Source of the DNA: a virus
Lineage: Duplodnaviria > Heunggongvirae > Uroviricota > Caudoviricetes
Length of the DNA stretch: 64,000 nucleotides
Direction: 5' to 3' (one strand)
Virus record (IMG/VR): IMGVR_UViG_3300037455_001096
The notes below the pieces were generated by a model. That model had not been told where the DNA came from. It saw only the letters and a list, made by a program, of their open reading frames with translations, and did no database searches. This document shows, piece by piece, positions 9,377 to 17,967 of this stretch. The position numbers and the translations under genes are program-made. How positions within the stretch are numbered: the first letter of the stretch is position 1; each line of letters opens with the position of its first letter.

Positions 9377-10378
9377 CTATTGTATTTTATATTCGTTTTG
9401 TGTAATGGGTTCTAAACCGAATTTGTCGTGGCGTTCCTTGAAATATCCGCCCATCATATTTATAAATTCTTGGTTTTCACCTATGTTCGTGTATTCATCG
9501 CTGCACAGCGTGTTTATCTTGTTGCGTTCAGCGTTGATTATTGTCGTGATTATCAGATAAGGGTAGGGGATATACACGTTGTCGTACAATGTAGCCGTCT
9601 TGTACAGCAGGCTCAAATCCTCGCAGGCAAGTCTGTCGTAATAACCGCCGACCTCTTTCAAAACTTTTTTCTTTCCGATAAATCTCTCGCATCCGTAATT
9701 GAACAAAGTCCACGGCTCGCAAGCCTTCCTTATATTGTAAAAATAAAAACGGAACACATTGTCGTAACGAAATTCATACGGCTTATTCAGAATATAGCCG
9801 TTCCTTGATACGTGGTTGTCCGCGTATTCTCGGAATGCTTTGTCGCTTTCATACAATGCTTTATATTCATCGGTTTTCTCAAAAAGACCAAATCCGTCAG
9901 CGTTGCACCAATTCAAGTTGGACTTGTGTGTGAAGAAGTCGCCGTTATCGCAGTCCATAGCCATAGAGTCGATGAAGTCGGCGTTTACGATATCGGCATC
10001 GGTACGCTCCACGGCATCGGCGATGTATTCCAACGACCTTGTGTTCAGAAAGTCGTCATAGTCGAGTGTGAAGATTATATCGTTGTCGGAGCAGGTGGTT
10101 AGTTCAACACAGCGGTTCTTCAGTTTGCCGATTCTTCCGTCAGCAAGTCCGATGCCGCTGAACGGCTCGTGATATACTTTGATTTTGTCCCTGCAATCCT
10201 GCAAGCCGTCAAATAAGGGCGTGGCAAAGCACTCCCGTACATATTCCTCGGCGAAACCCTGCTCCGAGTTGTCGAGGATAATGTACTCCCAATCCCTATA
10301 TGTCTGTGTGCATACGCCGTACAGCCGAATATTCCACCAAGGGAGGTTTTTGTGTATCGGGGTTATTATGCTTATCAT
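9377..10378 (-). CDS. glycosyltransferase family 2-like protein (333 aa)
   Basis: N-terminal SIITPIHKN...YIILDNS and a DxD-like LDYDDF motif, consistent with a GT-A fold. Confidence 0.5.
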   Translation of the reverse strand: MISIITPIHKNLPWWNIRLYGVCTQTYRDWEYIILDNSEQGFAEEYVRECFATPLFDGLQDCRDKIKVYHEPFSGIGLADGRIGKLKNRCVELTTCSDNDIIFTLDYDDFLNTRSLEYIADAVERTDADIVNADFIDSMAMDCDNGDFFTHKSNLNWCNADGFGLFEKTDEYKALYESDKAFREYADNHVSRNGYILNKPYEFRYDNVFRFYFYNIRKACEPWTLFNYGCERFIGKKKVLKEVGGYYDRLACEDLSLLYKTATLYDNVYIPYPYLIITTIINAERNKINTLCSDEYTNIGENQEFINMMGGYFKERHDKFGLEPITQNEYKIQ

Positions 10379-10384
10379 CTCGCA

Positions 10385-11176
10385 TCAAATCGGAAGTTCA
10401 TAACGTGTGTCCTGCGGGTGTTTTTCCTCAAGCAGGAAATCGTATTTCTCGTGATATTTTTTGACAAGCAGCAGGAAATGGCGCAGCCAACCTTTCAGTT
10501 CGTCCTTTGTCACGACAACCAACTGCGGTATGTCGTTCTCGACCGCAATCCACAGTTCCGCGTGGTCAAGCACAACCCCGTACATCTGATAATAGGCAAG
10601 GAAATAAGCGGAAAGTTGCAGGTAATAGTTGGTAAGGTATTCCTGCGTCTTTTTCTTGCGGGCGGTCTTGAAGTCGAGAAGCACGTTCTTGCCTTCCTTG
10701 TTGCGGTAAACACAGTCAACACGACCAGCGTAGCCGCCCTGCTCGAATGAATACAGCGTGTTTTCCATCTCGATGATTGAGTCAACTCTCTCGAAAAACC
10801 CGCAAAGGTACAGACTGTCGAACAGTTTGTCGCCGCAGGCGAGTTCCTCCGCCGTGTATCCCTCCTGCTTGACGAACTCCAACATTTTCCTGCTGACATC
10901 ATCGAACCTGCGTTTTCTGTCCTTTATATCGGACAGAAACCAATATTCGAGTTTTTGGTGCATACACGTTCCTCGGTTGGCGGAGAATTTGGTGATTCGG
11001 TCAGCCTCTTCCTCGCCTATGCGCTTGCGCCAAGCGTCAAGACCCGAATGGTCTGTCATAGCACCCAATATGGTAGTGACGGAAGGCAGTTTCATACGCC
11101 TGCCCTCGGATTCGATGTTGTAGTACCTTTTGTTGTCTATGGTTTCCGTCAGATTCAGACTTTCCGCTGTTGCCAT
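10385..11176 (-). CDS. PD-(D/E)XK family nuclease (phage-type exonuclease), 263 aa
   Basis: LPSVTTILG near the N-terminus and VDCV...LLDFKTARK (D...D-x-K) core. Start placed at the internal ATG (MATAESLN...) just downstream of the upstream gene stop. Confidence 0.5.
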   Translation of the reverse strand: MATAESLNLTETIDNKRYYNIESEGRRMKLPSVTTILGAMTDHSGLDAWRKRIGEEEADRITKFSANRGTCMHQKLEYWFLSDIKDRKRRFDDVSRKMLEFVKQEGYTAEELACGDKLFDSLYLCGFFERVDSIIEMENTLYSFEQGGYAGRVDCVYRNKEGKNVLLDFKTARKKKTQEYLTNYYLQLSAYFLAYYQMYGVVLDHAELWIAVENDIPQLVVVTKDELKGWLRHFLLLVKKYHEKYDFLLEEKHPQDTRYELPI

Positions 11177-11178
11177 AA

Positions 11179-11628
11179 CTATTTGATTAAAGTTGTGAGA
11201 TAATGGATTAGGTATCCCGCGCCGTACAATGTTCCGAGAATGCCGAGGATATAGGCGAACACCACAATCGGCTTGCTCCACTTTCTGCCTGCCGACAAAA
11301 CAATCAGAATAGAGTTCGTGCCTTCGAACAACTCGTATTTGTCGGGGTAAATAATCAAATCGGACAACATAAGTTTCGTCAGCAGTTCCGATGCGGGAAC
11401 AAGTTGCTGCTTGATGTATGTGTCAATCATCATATTGCGGATTTCGTAGTCCTTGCGGGAATTTATCGGCATTTTCATAATCTCTTCGGGAATGTTTATC
11501 ACCGTGTAGATTCTGCCAATCCAATCGCAGAAAAACCCGACCTCCTCAAGTTCCTTTGCGTGTTCCTTGACCGTTTGTCGGACAACACGCCAAACCTTCC
11601 ATTCGTGGATAATTTTCTTTATAATCAT
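11179..11628 (-). CDS. hypothetical protein with a C-terminal transmembrane segment (149 aa)
   Basis: C-terminal hydrophobic stretch IVVFAYILGILGTLYGAGYLI. Confidence 0.45.
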   Translation of the reverse strand: MIIKKIIHEWKVWRVVRQTVKEHAKELEEVGFFCDWIGRIYTVINIPEEIMKMPINSRKDYEIRNMMIDTYIKQQLVPASELLTKLMLSDLIIYPDKYELFEGTNSILIVLSAGRKWSKPIVVFAYILGILGTLYGAGYLIHYLTTLIK

Positions 11629-12314
11629 TTTTTCCTGCTTTTCAGTTGTTTGACCACTTTCTTGAGCATATTCATCTCAACGGGCGCATAGTCCCAAAAG
11701 TCGCATCTCAAATTCACCCTGCCCTCGTTGATGTTTGTTTCAGCCTTGCCGCCGTGGAAATTAAGCACGCCGTCATCCTTGCCTTCCCATTCGAGAAGCG
11801 GAACGGTTGACAGCACTATGCCGTATTCGGGCATCTCGAACACTTGCGACCTCAAAATGGTGAAATCCTGCACCAAGTCGGTCTTGACGATAATCGTGTT
11901 CAATGCCTGCTCTGGGGACGACACCCCGAAATTGTCGCAGGCTATGTCGAAGAGTATGTTGTCGCTTTTCACGTTGTAGTCCGACAGAATGTTCGCCGAA
12001 GTCTTGGTGTCCTCCATCATAAGGTTGTCGAGGAGGTTTCTGTCCGTGCGTATCGCGTATTTGTCGGTTACGGTCGGCAGAAGCACCTTCATACCGCGCA
12101 GCGATTCTATGGTGTTTCTGAAAATGAACGGGTTGTAGATGAAGTTGCCGAGAATGAAAACCAAGTCAAAGTCGCCGACAGTGGTGTTCCATTTTTCAAT
12201 AATGGCGGAATTCATTTGGAATGTCCCTTCAAAGGGTCGCTTGTATTCGTCAATGATGTTCGGTCTGTCAAGCCAAAGGTCTGACGTGAAAAAGATTCTT
12301 GTTTTTCGTTTCAT
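11625..12314 (-). CDS. metallophosphoesterase-like protein (229 aa)
   Basis: N-terminal IFFTSDLWLD and LVFILGNF resemble calcineurin-like phosphoesterase motifs. The match is weaker than in gene 8373..9374. Confidence 0.45.
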   Translation of the reverse strand: MKRKTRIFFTSDLWLDRPNIIDEYKRPFEGTFQMNSAIIEKWNTTVGDFDLVFILGNFIYNPFIFRNTIESLRGMKVLLPTVTDKYAIRTDRNLLDNLMMEDTKTSANILSDYNVKSDNILFDIACDNFGVSSPEQALNTIIVKTDLVQDFTILRSQVFEMPEYGIVLSTVPLLEWEGKDDGVLNFHGGKAETNINEGRVNLRCDFWDYAPVEMNMLKKVVKQLKSRKK

Positions 12315-12784
12315 TAGAAATCCTCGTTAGTTATCATTAAATCATAACCCGTGAACCCCTCGAACTGCTTTCGGTCGGCGTTAAGCCTTCTTTCAACGAC
12401 ATCGGCATCGCATCTTTCGGTGAGTCGTCTGCGCCGAGTTTCTTCATCGGGACATAATAATATAATAAAAAATTCTTTTTTTCGCTCACCGAGCATTGAA
12501 ATATATTCGGGTGTCATAACAAACAAGTCGCAGGATTTGAGGTCATCGTTCAAGATTCCGTATTTCCAATTGTTGTACGTGTTGCTGACACCGAACCCGC
12601 CGTGTTCGAGGATGAAATCGAAATCGTCCTCCGAAACGAATGTGTAGTCGCTGTCGGATTCGCCTACACGCATAGGTCTTGTTGTGTATGGGCGACCGTA
12701 GGTCATACCCGTTTTTTCCAATCGCCTGCGCAGGGTGTCCTTACCCGATGCGCCTGGTCCAGTAATGATAATCTTCAAGTTCAT
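12314..12784 (-). CDS. guanylate kinase-like nucleoside monophosphate kinase (156 aa)
   Basis: P-loop ITGPGASGKDTL plus YTTRPMRVGESDSDYTFVSEDDF, matching the Gmk TTRPxRxGExDGxDYxFVS signature. Confidence 0.75.
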   Translation of the reverse strand: MNLKIIITGPGASGKDTLRRRLEKTGMTYGRPYTTRPMRVGESDSDYTFVSEDDFDFILEHGGFGVSNTYNNWKYGILNDDLKSCDLFVMTPEYISMLGERKKEFFIILLCPDEETRRRRLTERCDADVVERRLNADRKQFEGFTGYDLMITNEDF

Positions 12785-12880
12785 ACCGTCAAGATTTAAT
12801 TGGTTGAGTTATTTATGCTTTTCTAATATCAAAACAATGGATGAATTTTGGACATTATGCAATCAAACCGTGCATACTTG

Positions 12881-13255
12881 TTACTCTTTTTTTTCACCAA
12901 GATGTTTCAGAGACAACGGATTGTTGCAGTTTTCTTTCTGTGTTACCCATCGCAAGTTGCTTACAAGCGTCCCATCAACGTCAACGACATTATTCTGCCG
13001 ATTGGTATCAATATGGTCTATGCAAGGTTTGTTTTCTGGATTCGGCAAAAACGCTTCCGCGACAAGTCTATGCACTGTGTATAATTTTCCATCAATGCCA
13101 ACAATCAAATATCCGTGACCGTTGTCGGTCAGTTTACAAAGTTTTGCATAACCCTTGTTGCGCCAATTCAAGCATTTTACCCGTCCAAAATTACTTACTT
13201 GATAGCGAGAATTTTCGATGCCGTTGATTGTCACAGTTTTCCAATATTCACCCAT
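12881..13255 (-). CDS. HNH homing endonuclease (NUMOD4-like N-terminus + HNH)
   Basis: YQVSNFGRVKC...VHRLVAEAF...CIDHIDTNRQNN...NLRW. The track ORF starts at a TTG; the ATG two codons in is preferred. Confidence 0.85.
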   Translation of the reverse strand: MGEYWKTVTINGIENSRYQVSNFGRVKCLNWRNKGYAKLCKLTDNGHGYLIVGIDGKLYTVHRLVAEAFLPNPENKPCIDHIDTNRQNNVVDVDGTLVSNLRWVTQKENCNNPLSLKHLGEKKE

Positions 13256-13262
13256 ATTCAAT

Positions 13263-14426
13263 TTAATTGGTTGTGTTATTTATGCTTTTTCTGATTTTCG
13301 CGCTTTCCCTAACCTGCACGGTTTCACCGATGACGCATTTCACGCATTTGCCCGTTGCTATGGTGTCGCCGAACAGCCTGCATTCCGTTGACACGCTCTC
13401 GTCAGACAAGAACGTGCTGTTGATGAGCGAGCGTTTCAGTTTGGTGTCGCTCATAACGGAGCAGGAGTTGAGTATGGAATCATAGACCTCGCAACTGTAT
13501 AGGTCGCAGGAATCGAGGTTTCCCGAAACCTTGCACTCCACTATGTCGATGTTGGAGAGATAGACATAGCCGTCAAATTCGGTTTCCCTAATCTGATATG
13601 CCCCCGAATCACTGTCGTAGTTGAAACTGACTTTCGTTTCGGGGTTGATTCCCCCGCAAAGGAAAATGTCCTTCAGCCTCGGCTTCACGACAGTCCAAAA
13701 AACGGAAGCGGTGTTCTCTATGGAATCCATATCAACAAGAATCTCCGCGTTTTTGTAAACCTTGGCGAAGTTCTCGTATGTGTCGAACACGGCGTTTGTC
13801 TCAACGCTCTTTCTCGCTATCTCCTTCAGTTTCGCGACCTCTTCGACCGTGTACGCTGGCTCCGCAAGCACGCTATACAAATGCACTATGTAGTAGTCGC
13901 ACAACGCGCTCGCCTCGATGAACTTGTCCTCGTAGTTGTCGCCGCCTATGTAGCCGTAGTTGATTACGTTGTCTTGGATTTTTGTGAAGTCAACGCCGTA
14001 GCCGTCACCAACGAATCGGTTTATCTCCTCGTAGATGTCATTCATACCTGCGGAGTCAACGAAAGCCTTTATGCTTTTCGCCCCTATTCGGTTGCGCCTT
14101 TTGGGGAACGCCTTGTATGACATTTCCTCGTCAAACGACATAATGAACTTGCATTTGTTCACGTTGCAGATGTTCACGCCGTTCAGTTTGACGGAAACGA
14201 CAAACGAGCAATTGCCGTCCGTGTAGCCGTTGTCCTTTATGTGCTTGAACAAGTCGGAGAGGCGGAGTTTCGCGCTCGCGTATGGCAGCATATTCGTTGT
14301 GATTACGGTCTTGCCGTATTCGGTGACTTCCTTCCCAAACGGATAGAACTTGTCGTTCTCCTTGAAGAATTCCGCACGGAACGAGAGTTCCGCGCTCGAC
14401 AGTATTTGGAATTTGCTTTTGTCCAT
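13263..14426 (-). CDS. hypothetical protein (387 aa)
   Basis: Long ORF with no motif recognised. Confidence 0.55.
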   Translation of the reverse strand: MDKSKFQILSSAELSFRAEFFKENDKFYPFGKEVTEYGKTVITTNMLPYASAKLRLSDLFKHIKDNGYTDGNCSFVVSVKLNGVNICNVNKCKFIMSFDEEMSYKAFPKRRNRIGAKSIKAFVDSAGMNDIYEEINRFVGDGYGVDFTKIQDNVINYGYIGGDNYEDKFIEASALCDYYIVHLYSVLAEPAYTVEEVAKLKEIARKSVETNAVFDTYENFAKVYKNAEILVDMDSIENTASVFWTVVKPRLKDIFLCGGINPETKVSFNYDSDSGAYQIRETEFDGYVYLSNIDIVECKVSGNLDSCDLYSCEVYDSILNSCSVMSDTKLKRSLINSTFLSDESVSTECRLFGDTIATGKCVKCVIGETVQVRESAKIRKSINNTTN

Positions 14427-14427
14427 C

Positions 14428-14952
14428 TTAATTTATATCTTCGAATTTGTAATCGTTCAGTCTGTTGAGCCAACCTTTGAGAAAAATCTTGTTGTTGCCT
14501 TTCATCGCTATGTTCATAAGCCACAGTTTCCTCATTTCCCAAAGTTTGTTGAACACCTTTTTGTGGTATTCGTATGAGCCGTCACCGTTCAAAGCGGCGA
14601 GGGTTTTCGCCCCGACAAGCCCGTCAGCAACAAGACCGAGGCAGTTTTGTATTTTCTTTATGGCGGTGACAGTTCCGCTGCCCCAGCACATTTGCACACA
14701 TAGGTTCGCTATGGATTGGCTTTCAATCAAGTCAGCCTTCATTTTGTCCCAATATCCGCTTTTGAGAATGTGAATCCACTGAATATCGGTTATCTTCTTC
14801 AAGTCGGCGCAGGTTTTCGTGCTGCCGTAGTATTTGCGGAAAGTGGCGATTGTTATGCCTTTCATTGTGCAGCCGCCGCTGTCGTATGGGTTGTTGGCGT
14901 ATCCGCCTTCCCATTTCTTTATTTTAGGTGCGAGTTTGTTTACATCAGCCAT
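14428..14952 (-). CDS. endolysin: GH108 lysozyme domain plus C-terminal peptidoglycan-binding domain
   Basis: WEGGYANNPYDSGGCTMKGIT (GH108 N-terminal signature) and C-terminal LGLVADGLVGAKTLAAL (PG_binding_3-like). Confidence 0.8.
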   Translation of the reverse strand: MADVNKLAPKIKKWEGGYANNPYDSGGCTMKGITIATFRKYYGSTKTCADLKKITDIQWIHILKSGYWDKMKADLIESQSIANLCVQMCWGSGTVTAIKKIQNCLGLVADGLVGAKTLAALNGDGSYEYHKKVFNKLWEMRKLWLMNIAMKGNNKIFLKGWLNRLNDYKFEDIN

Positions 14953-14966
14953 TGTTTTTATTTGTT

Positions 14967-15533
14967 CTACGATAGTTCCTCGATTGCGATGGCAAGCCTT
15001 ATGATAGGCTCTACCAAATTATCGCCAACGAAGGATTTTATTCTCTTGTTGATTCTCAAATCCTCCTCATAGAACCCGCTTGTGGGTTCATCGAAATGGA
15101 AGAAGTTTTCGAAATCACCATTGTTCACGAATTTGTAAATTATGCCTTTGAAAACATCAAGGTTAAAAATGAACAATTCGTCAAGATTCGATGAGCATAC
15201 TTCGTCATCGTCTATGAAGTACATATATTCGTCATCATAGTTCCAATAGCCTTCCGATGCCCTTCTCATATATTCTATTGCATCGGACGGGTGTATTTTT
15301 CTAAAAGTGTTGTCGGAAATGAATTCCTCTTTCTTGTATATCCTCAAAATGTCAAACCAATACATCTCGTTCCACAAATCAAGTATATCGCTTTTCGGCA
15401 CTTCGTTCTGTATTCTTTCGCATAGACTGTCAATCATAGGTTGTATGGACTTGTATTTGGGGTCAAGTTCCTCACAGATAAGGTTGTTGACCTTTATGTC
15501 CTCTATGACGTCTTTTAACAATTCACTTCTCAT
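14967..15533 (-). CDS. hypothetical protein (188 aa)
   Basis: ORF with an acidic composition and no motif. Confidence 0.5.
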   Translation of the reverse strand: MRSELLKDVIEDIKVNNLICEELDPKYKSIQPMIDSLCERIQNEVPKSDILDLWNEMYWFDILRIYKKEEFISDNTFRKIHPSDAIEYMRRASEGYWNYDDEYMYFIDDDEVCSSNLDELFIFNLDVFKGIIYKFVNNGDFENFFHFDEPTSGFYEEDLRINKRIKSFVGDNLVEPIIRLAIAIEELS

Positions 15534-15662
15534 ATAACAGATATTTTTTGTATTTATAAACCTTCGCTATAATATAATAAAAAATCGGAATTATCCTTTT
15601 TAGTCTTGTAAACAAAAAACGCAGGTTGTTTGCCTGCGTTTTTGCTTTGTTTGAATATTCAA

Positions 15663-16469
15663 TTATCTTGACTTGTAATAATGCTTTGCAAGGTCATAAT
15701 CACATTTATTATCATCTGCCCTTAATACACCACAGACGGTATTGGGAAGATATCCGTAAAAATGCGGTTCGTCATAAATCAAATTATCATTTCCACTGCA
15801 ATAAAAATCTCCACCCACTTTTTGCGGTGCGCCTTCAAGTGTGGTCAATCCACAATCATTGCAATCAAAATCTCCACCCACTTCCTGCGGTGCGCCTTCA
15901 AGCGTAGTCAATCTTTTGCACACATAGCAAGTAAAATCTCCACCAACTTTTTGCGGTGCGCCTTCAAGCGTGGTCAAATTATTCCAACTGCAATCAAAAT
16001 ACTCACCCACTTCCTGCGGTGCGCCTTTAAGTGTGGTTAAAAGGTTATGACTACATCCAAAAAACCCACTCACTTTCTGCGGTGCGCCTTCAAGTGTGGT
16101 TAGACCAAGTTTAAAACAACGAAAATGACCTTTAACAACACCGAACTTAATCAATAGTTTACCGTCCGATACTAAATTTCCATCCACGTCTATATCACCA
16201 TCACAATCATATAGACCCGTCATCTTGTTCCACACAAGATTATTTTTATTTATGAAATTACGTACATTCTCATCAACATAGGGTTCTTCTTTGTTCATAT
16301 TGGCGAGTCTGTCTTTCGTAATTGGATGAATATTCAGTTTTTCGTTTATGTATTGACTTGCAGTGCCTTTTGACACAGAATATTTGTGTCCGTTACTCAT
16401 AGATGTTCTTACCGCCGTTTCATTTACACACTTTGCAGCAAACTCGTCTATTTTCATTATATTTGCCAT
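15663..16469 (-). CDS. leader-tagged LRR-like repeat protein; dispersed member of the paralogous family
   Basis: Contains YINEKLNIHPITKDRL, then ~22-aa repeats LTTLEGAPQKVGGDFxC. Start placed at the internal ATG (MANIMKIDEF); MKIDEF at 16457 is an alternative. Confidence 0.65.
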   Translation of the reverse strand: MANIMKIDEFAAKCVNETAVRTSMSNGHKYSVSKGTASQYINEKLNIHPITKDRLANMNKEEPYVDENVRNFINKNNLVWNKMTGLYDCDGDIDVDGNLVSDGKLLIKFGVVKGHFRCFKLGLTTLEGAPQKVSGFFGCSHNLLTTLKGAPQEVGEYFDCSWNNLTTLEGAPQKVGGDFTCYVCKRLTTLEGAPQEVGGDFDCNDCGLTTLEGAPQKVGGDFYCSGNDNLIYDEPHFYGYLPNTVCGVLRADDNKCDYDLAKHYYKSR

Positions 16470-16763
16470 TGTATTGAATTTATATTCTTGATATTTATAC
16501 AGACAATCTCCTGCAAGACAAAAAAAGGATGATTCCGATAAAAAATCAAACAACGGCGAAATGGAAGAAAAAATCGCCGCGCCCGCTTCAGCATTTTTAG
16601 GTTTAAAAAATGCTCCACTCTTTACCTATAATTACAGATTTGGTAAAAACGCTATATATGATTGATATATTGTATGTTTCGCCAAAATTTTTTTATGAGT
16701 TTTATGCAGCGGGCAGTGCCTCTGAACGGGTGCTTTATAAATAATATGGCAAAATATCGGTGA

Positions 16764-16949
16764 ATGGTATTCATAAGACAGAACGACAGCAAGGTTGAAC
16801 TACTGAACGAGAATATGGAAAGCGTCCGAGTGTTCGAGGATGCCGAGATGCAGAAGCGTGACGGCGTTTACAACATACACAAGAAGGGCTGCGATTTCCT
16901 AATATACTGCACCATACCGACAGCAGCCGCAGCAATATTGAATGTATAG
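16764..16949 (+). CDS. small hypothetical protein (61 aa)
   Basis: First ORF after the divergent intergenic region 16554-16763. Confidence 0.35.
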   Translation: MVFIRQNDSKVELLNENMESVRVFEDAEMQKRDGVYNIHKKGCDFLIYCTIPTAAAAILNV

Positions 16950-17904
16950 TATGAAATCAGATGTTCTCACTTCGGCTAATTTGGTCGGCGGCACGCAGAC
17001 AGTTGTAACGACAAACGGTGTGCGCACAATATACCCGAACCCCTACAATGACGGCGGATGTTATGGAAAGTCGAACTGCAAGGGTTATTACATAGGCGTT
17101 CCCTGCCTCATAGATGTTTACCAAGGAATCACCGCCTGCCAATACCTTTATCTGATGGACGGCAACGGAAACCCCGTTGACTTGAGCCGTGTCGATTATA
17201 TGAACATAGGCGTGTTCAACGAGTATGAGTGCGAGGTGCTTCGCCTTTCGTCATTGGCTGACGCTGACGCTGACGGAATCATCGACTTCCTGCAAGATAG
17301 CGGCGAGAGAACCCTTCTTGACTTGAACCCGAAGAATTTTATGGACTGCGGGTGTTTTTTCGATTTGAACAACGTCCGTGTCCTTGACGCTGACGCGGAG
17401 AAGGTATGCCCCGATGACAGAACCGCCATCATAGTCGGCGGTGCTGTTGACGAGTGCGTTGTCAGCGGCAACATATTCTTCAATCCGCTCGACAAGGTTG
17501 GGGATATACACATAAGGATTGACGCTGCCGAAAGCAACAGCGGCGAGTGCGTGGTGAGGTACAACGGTATGCCTTACGCAGTCCAATTCGGCGTGGATAT
17601 GACATTGATGGACATTGACGGCGCGGACAGCGGCGTGATAGAGATTGTTTCCGAGACGGCTGACTACGAGCCTTCCATAGCGGAGATTGCGAGGATAGTC
17701 GTTTCCGATGAAGGTGAGATTTCCGATACGGGCAAGTTCCGCATCTGCTATGACGGCGACAAGACATTGGATATGCTGCCATCGTTTCTGACCGCCGTTG
17801 TCGAGGTAAAATTCAAGGACAGCGACAAAGAGGAAAAGGGCGCGACACACGTCATCTCCTGCGTGAAACTCGGAACGCTGAAACGCCATACACCGCTCAT
17901 TTAA
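16942..17904 (+). CDS. hypothetical structural protein (320 aa)
   Basis: Asp/Gly-rich ORF preceding the giant ORFs. The ATG at 16951 is an alternative start. Confidence 0.55.
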   Translation: MYSMKSDVLTSANLVGGTQTVVTTNGVRTIYPNPYNDGGCYGKSNCKGYYIGVPCLIDVYQGITACQYLYLMDGNGNPVDLSRVDYMNIGVFNEYECEVLRLSSLADADADGIIDFLQDSGERTLLDLNPKNFMDCGCFFDLNNVRVLDADAEKVCPDDRTAIIVGGAVDECVVSGNIFFNPLDKVGDIHIRIDAAESNSGECVVRYNGMPYAVQFGVDMTLMDIDGADSGVIEIVSETADYEPSIAEIARIVVSDEGEISDTGKFRICYDGDKTLDMLPSFLTAVVEVKFKDSDKEEKGATHVISCVKLGTLKRHTPLI

Positions 17905-17967
17905 TCCCTTTCGTGTCGCTTGCGCTGAATTATAAATATATAAGTTATATATCTTAAACAAGCGAAT

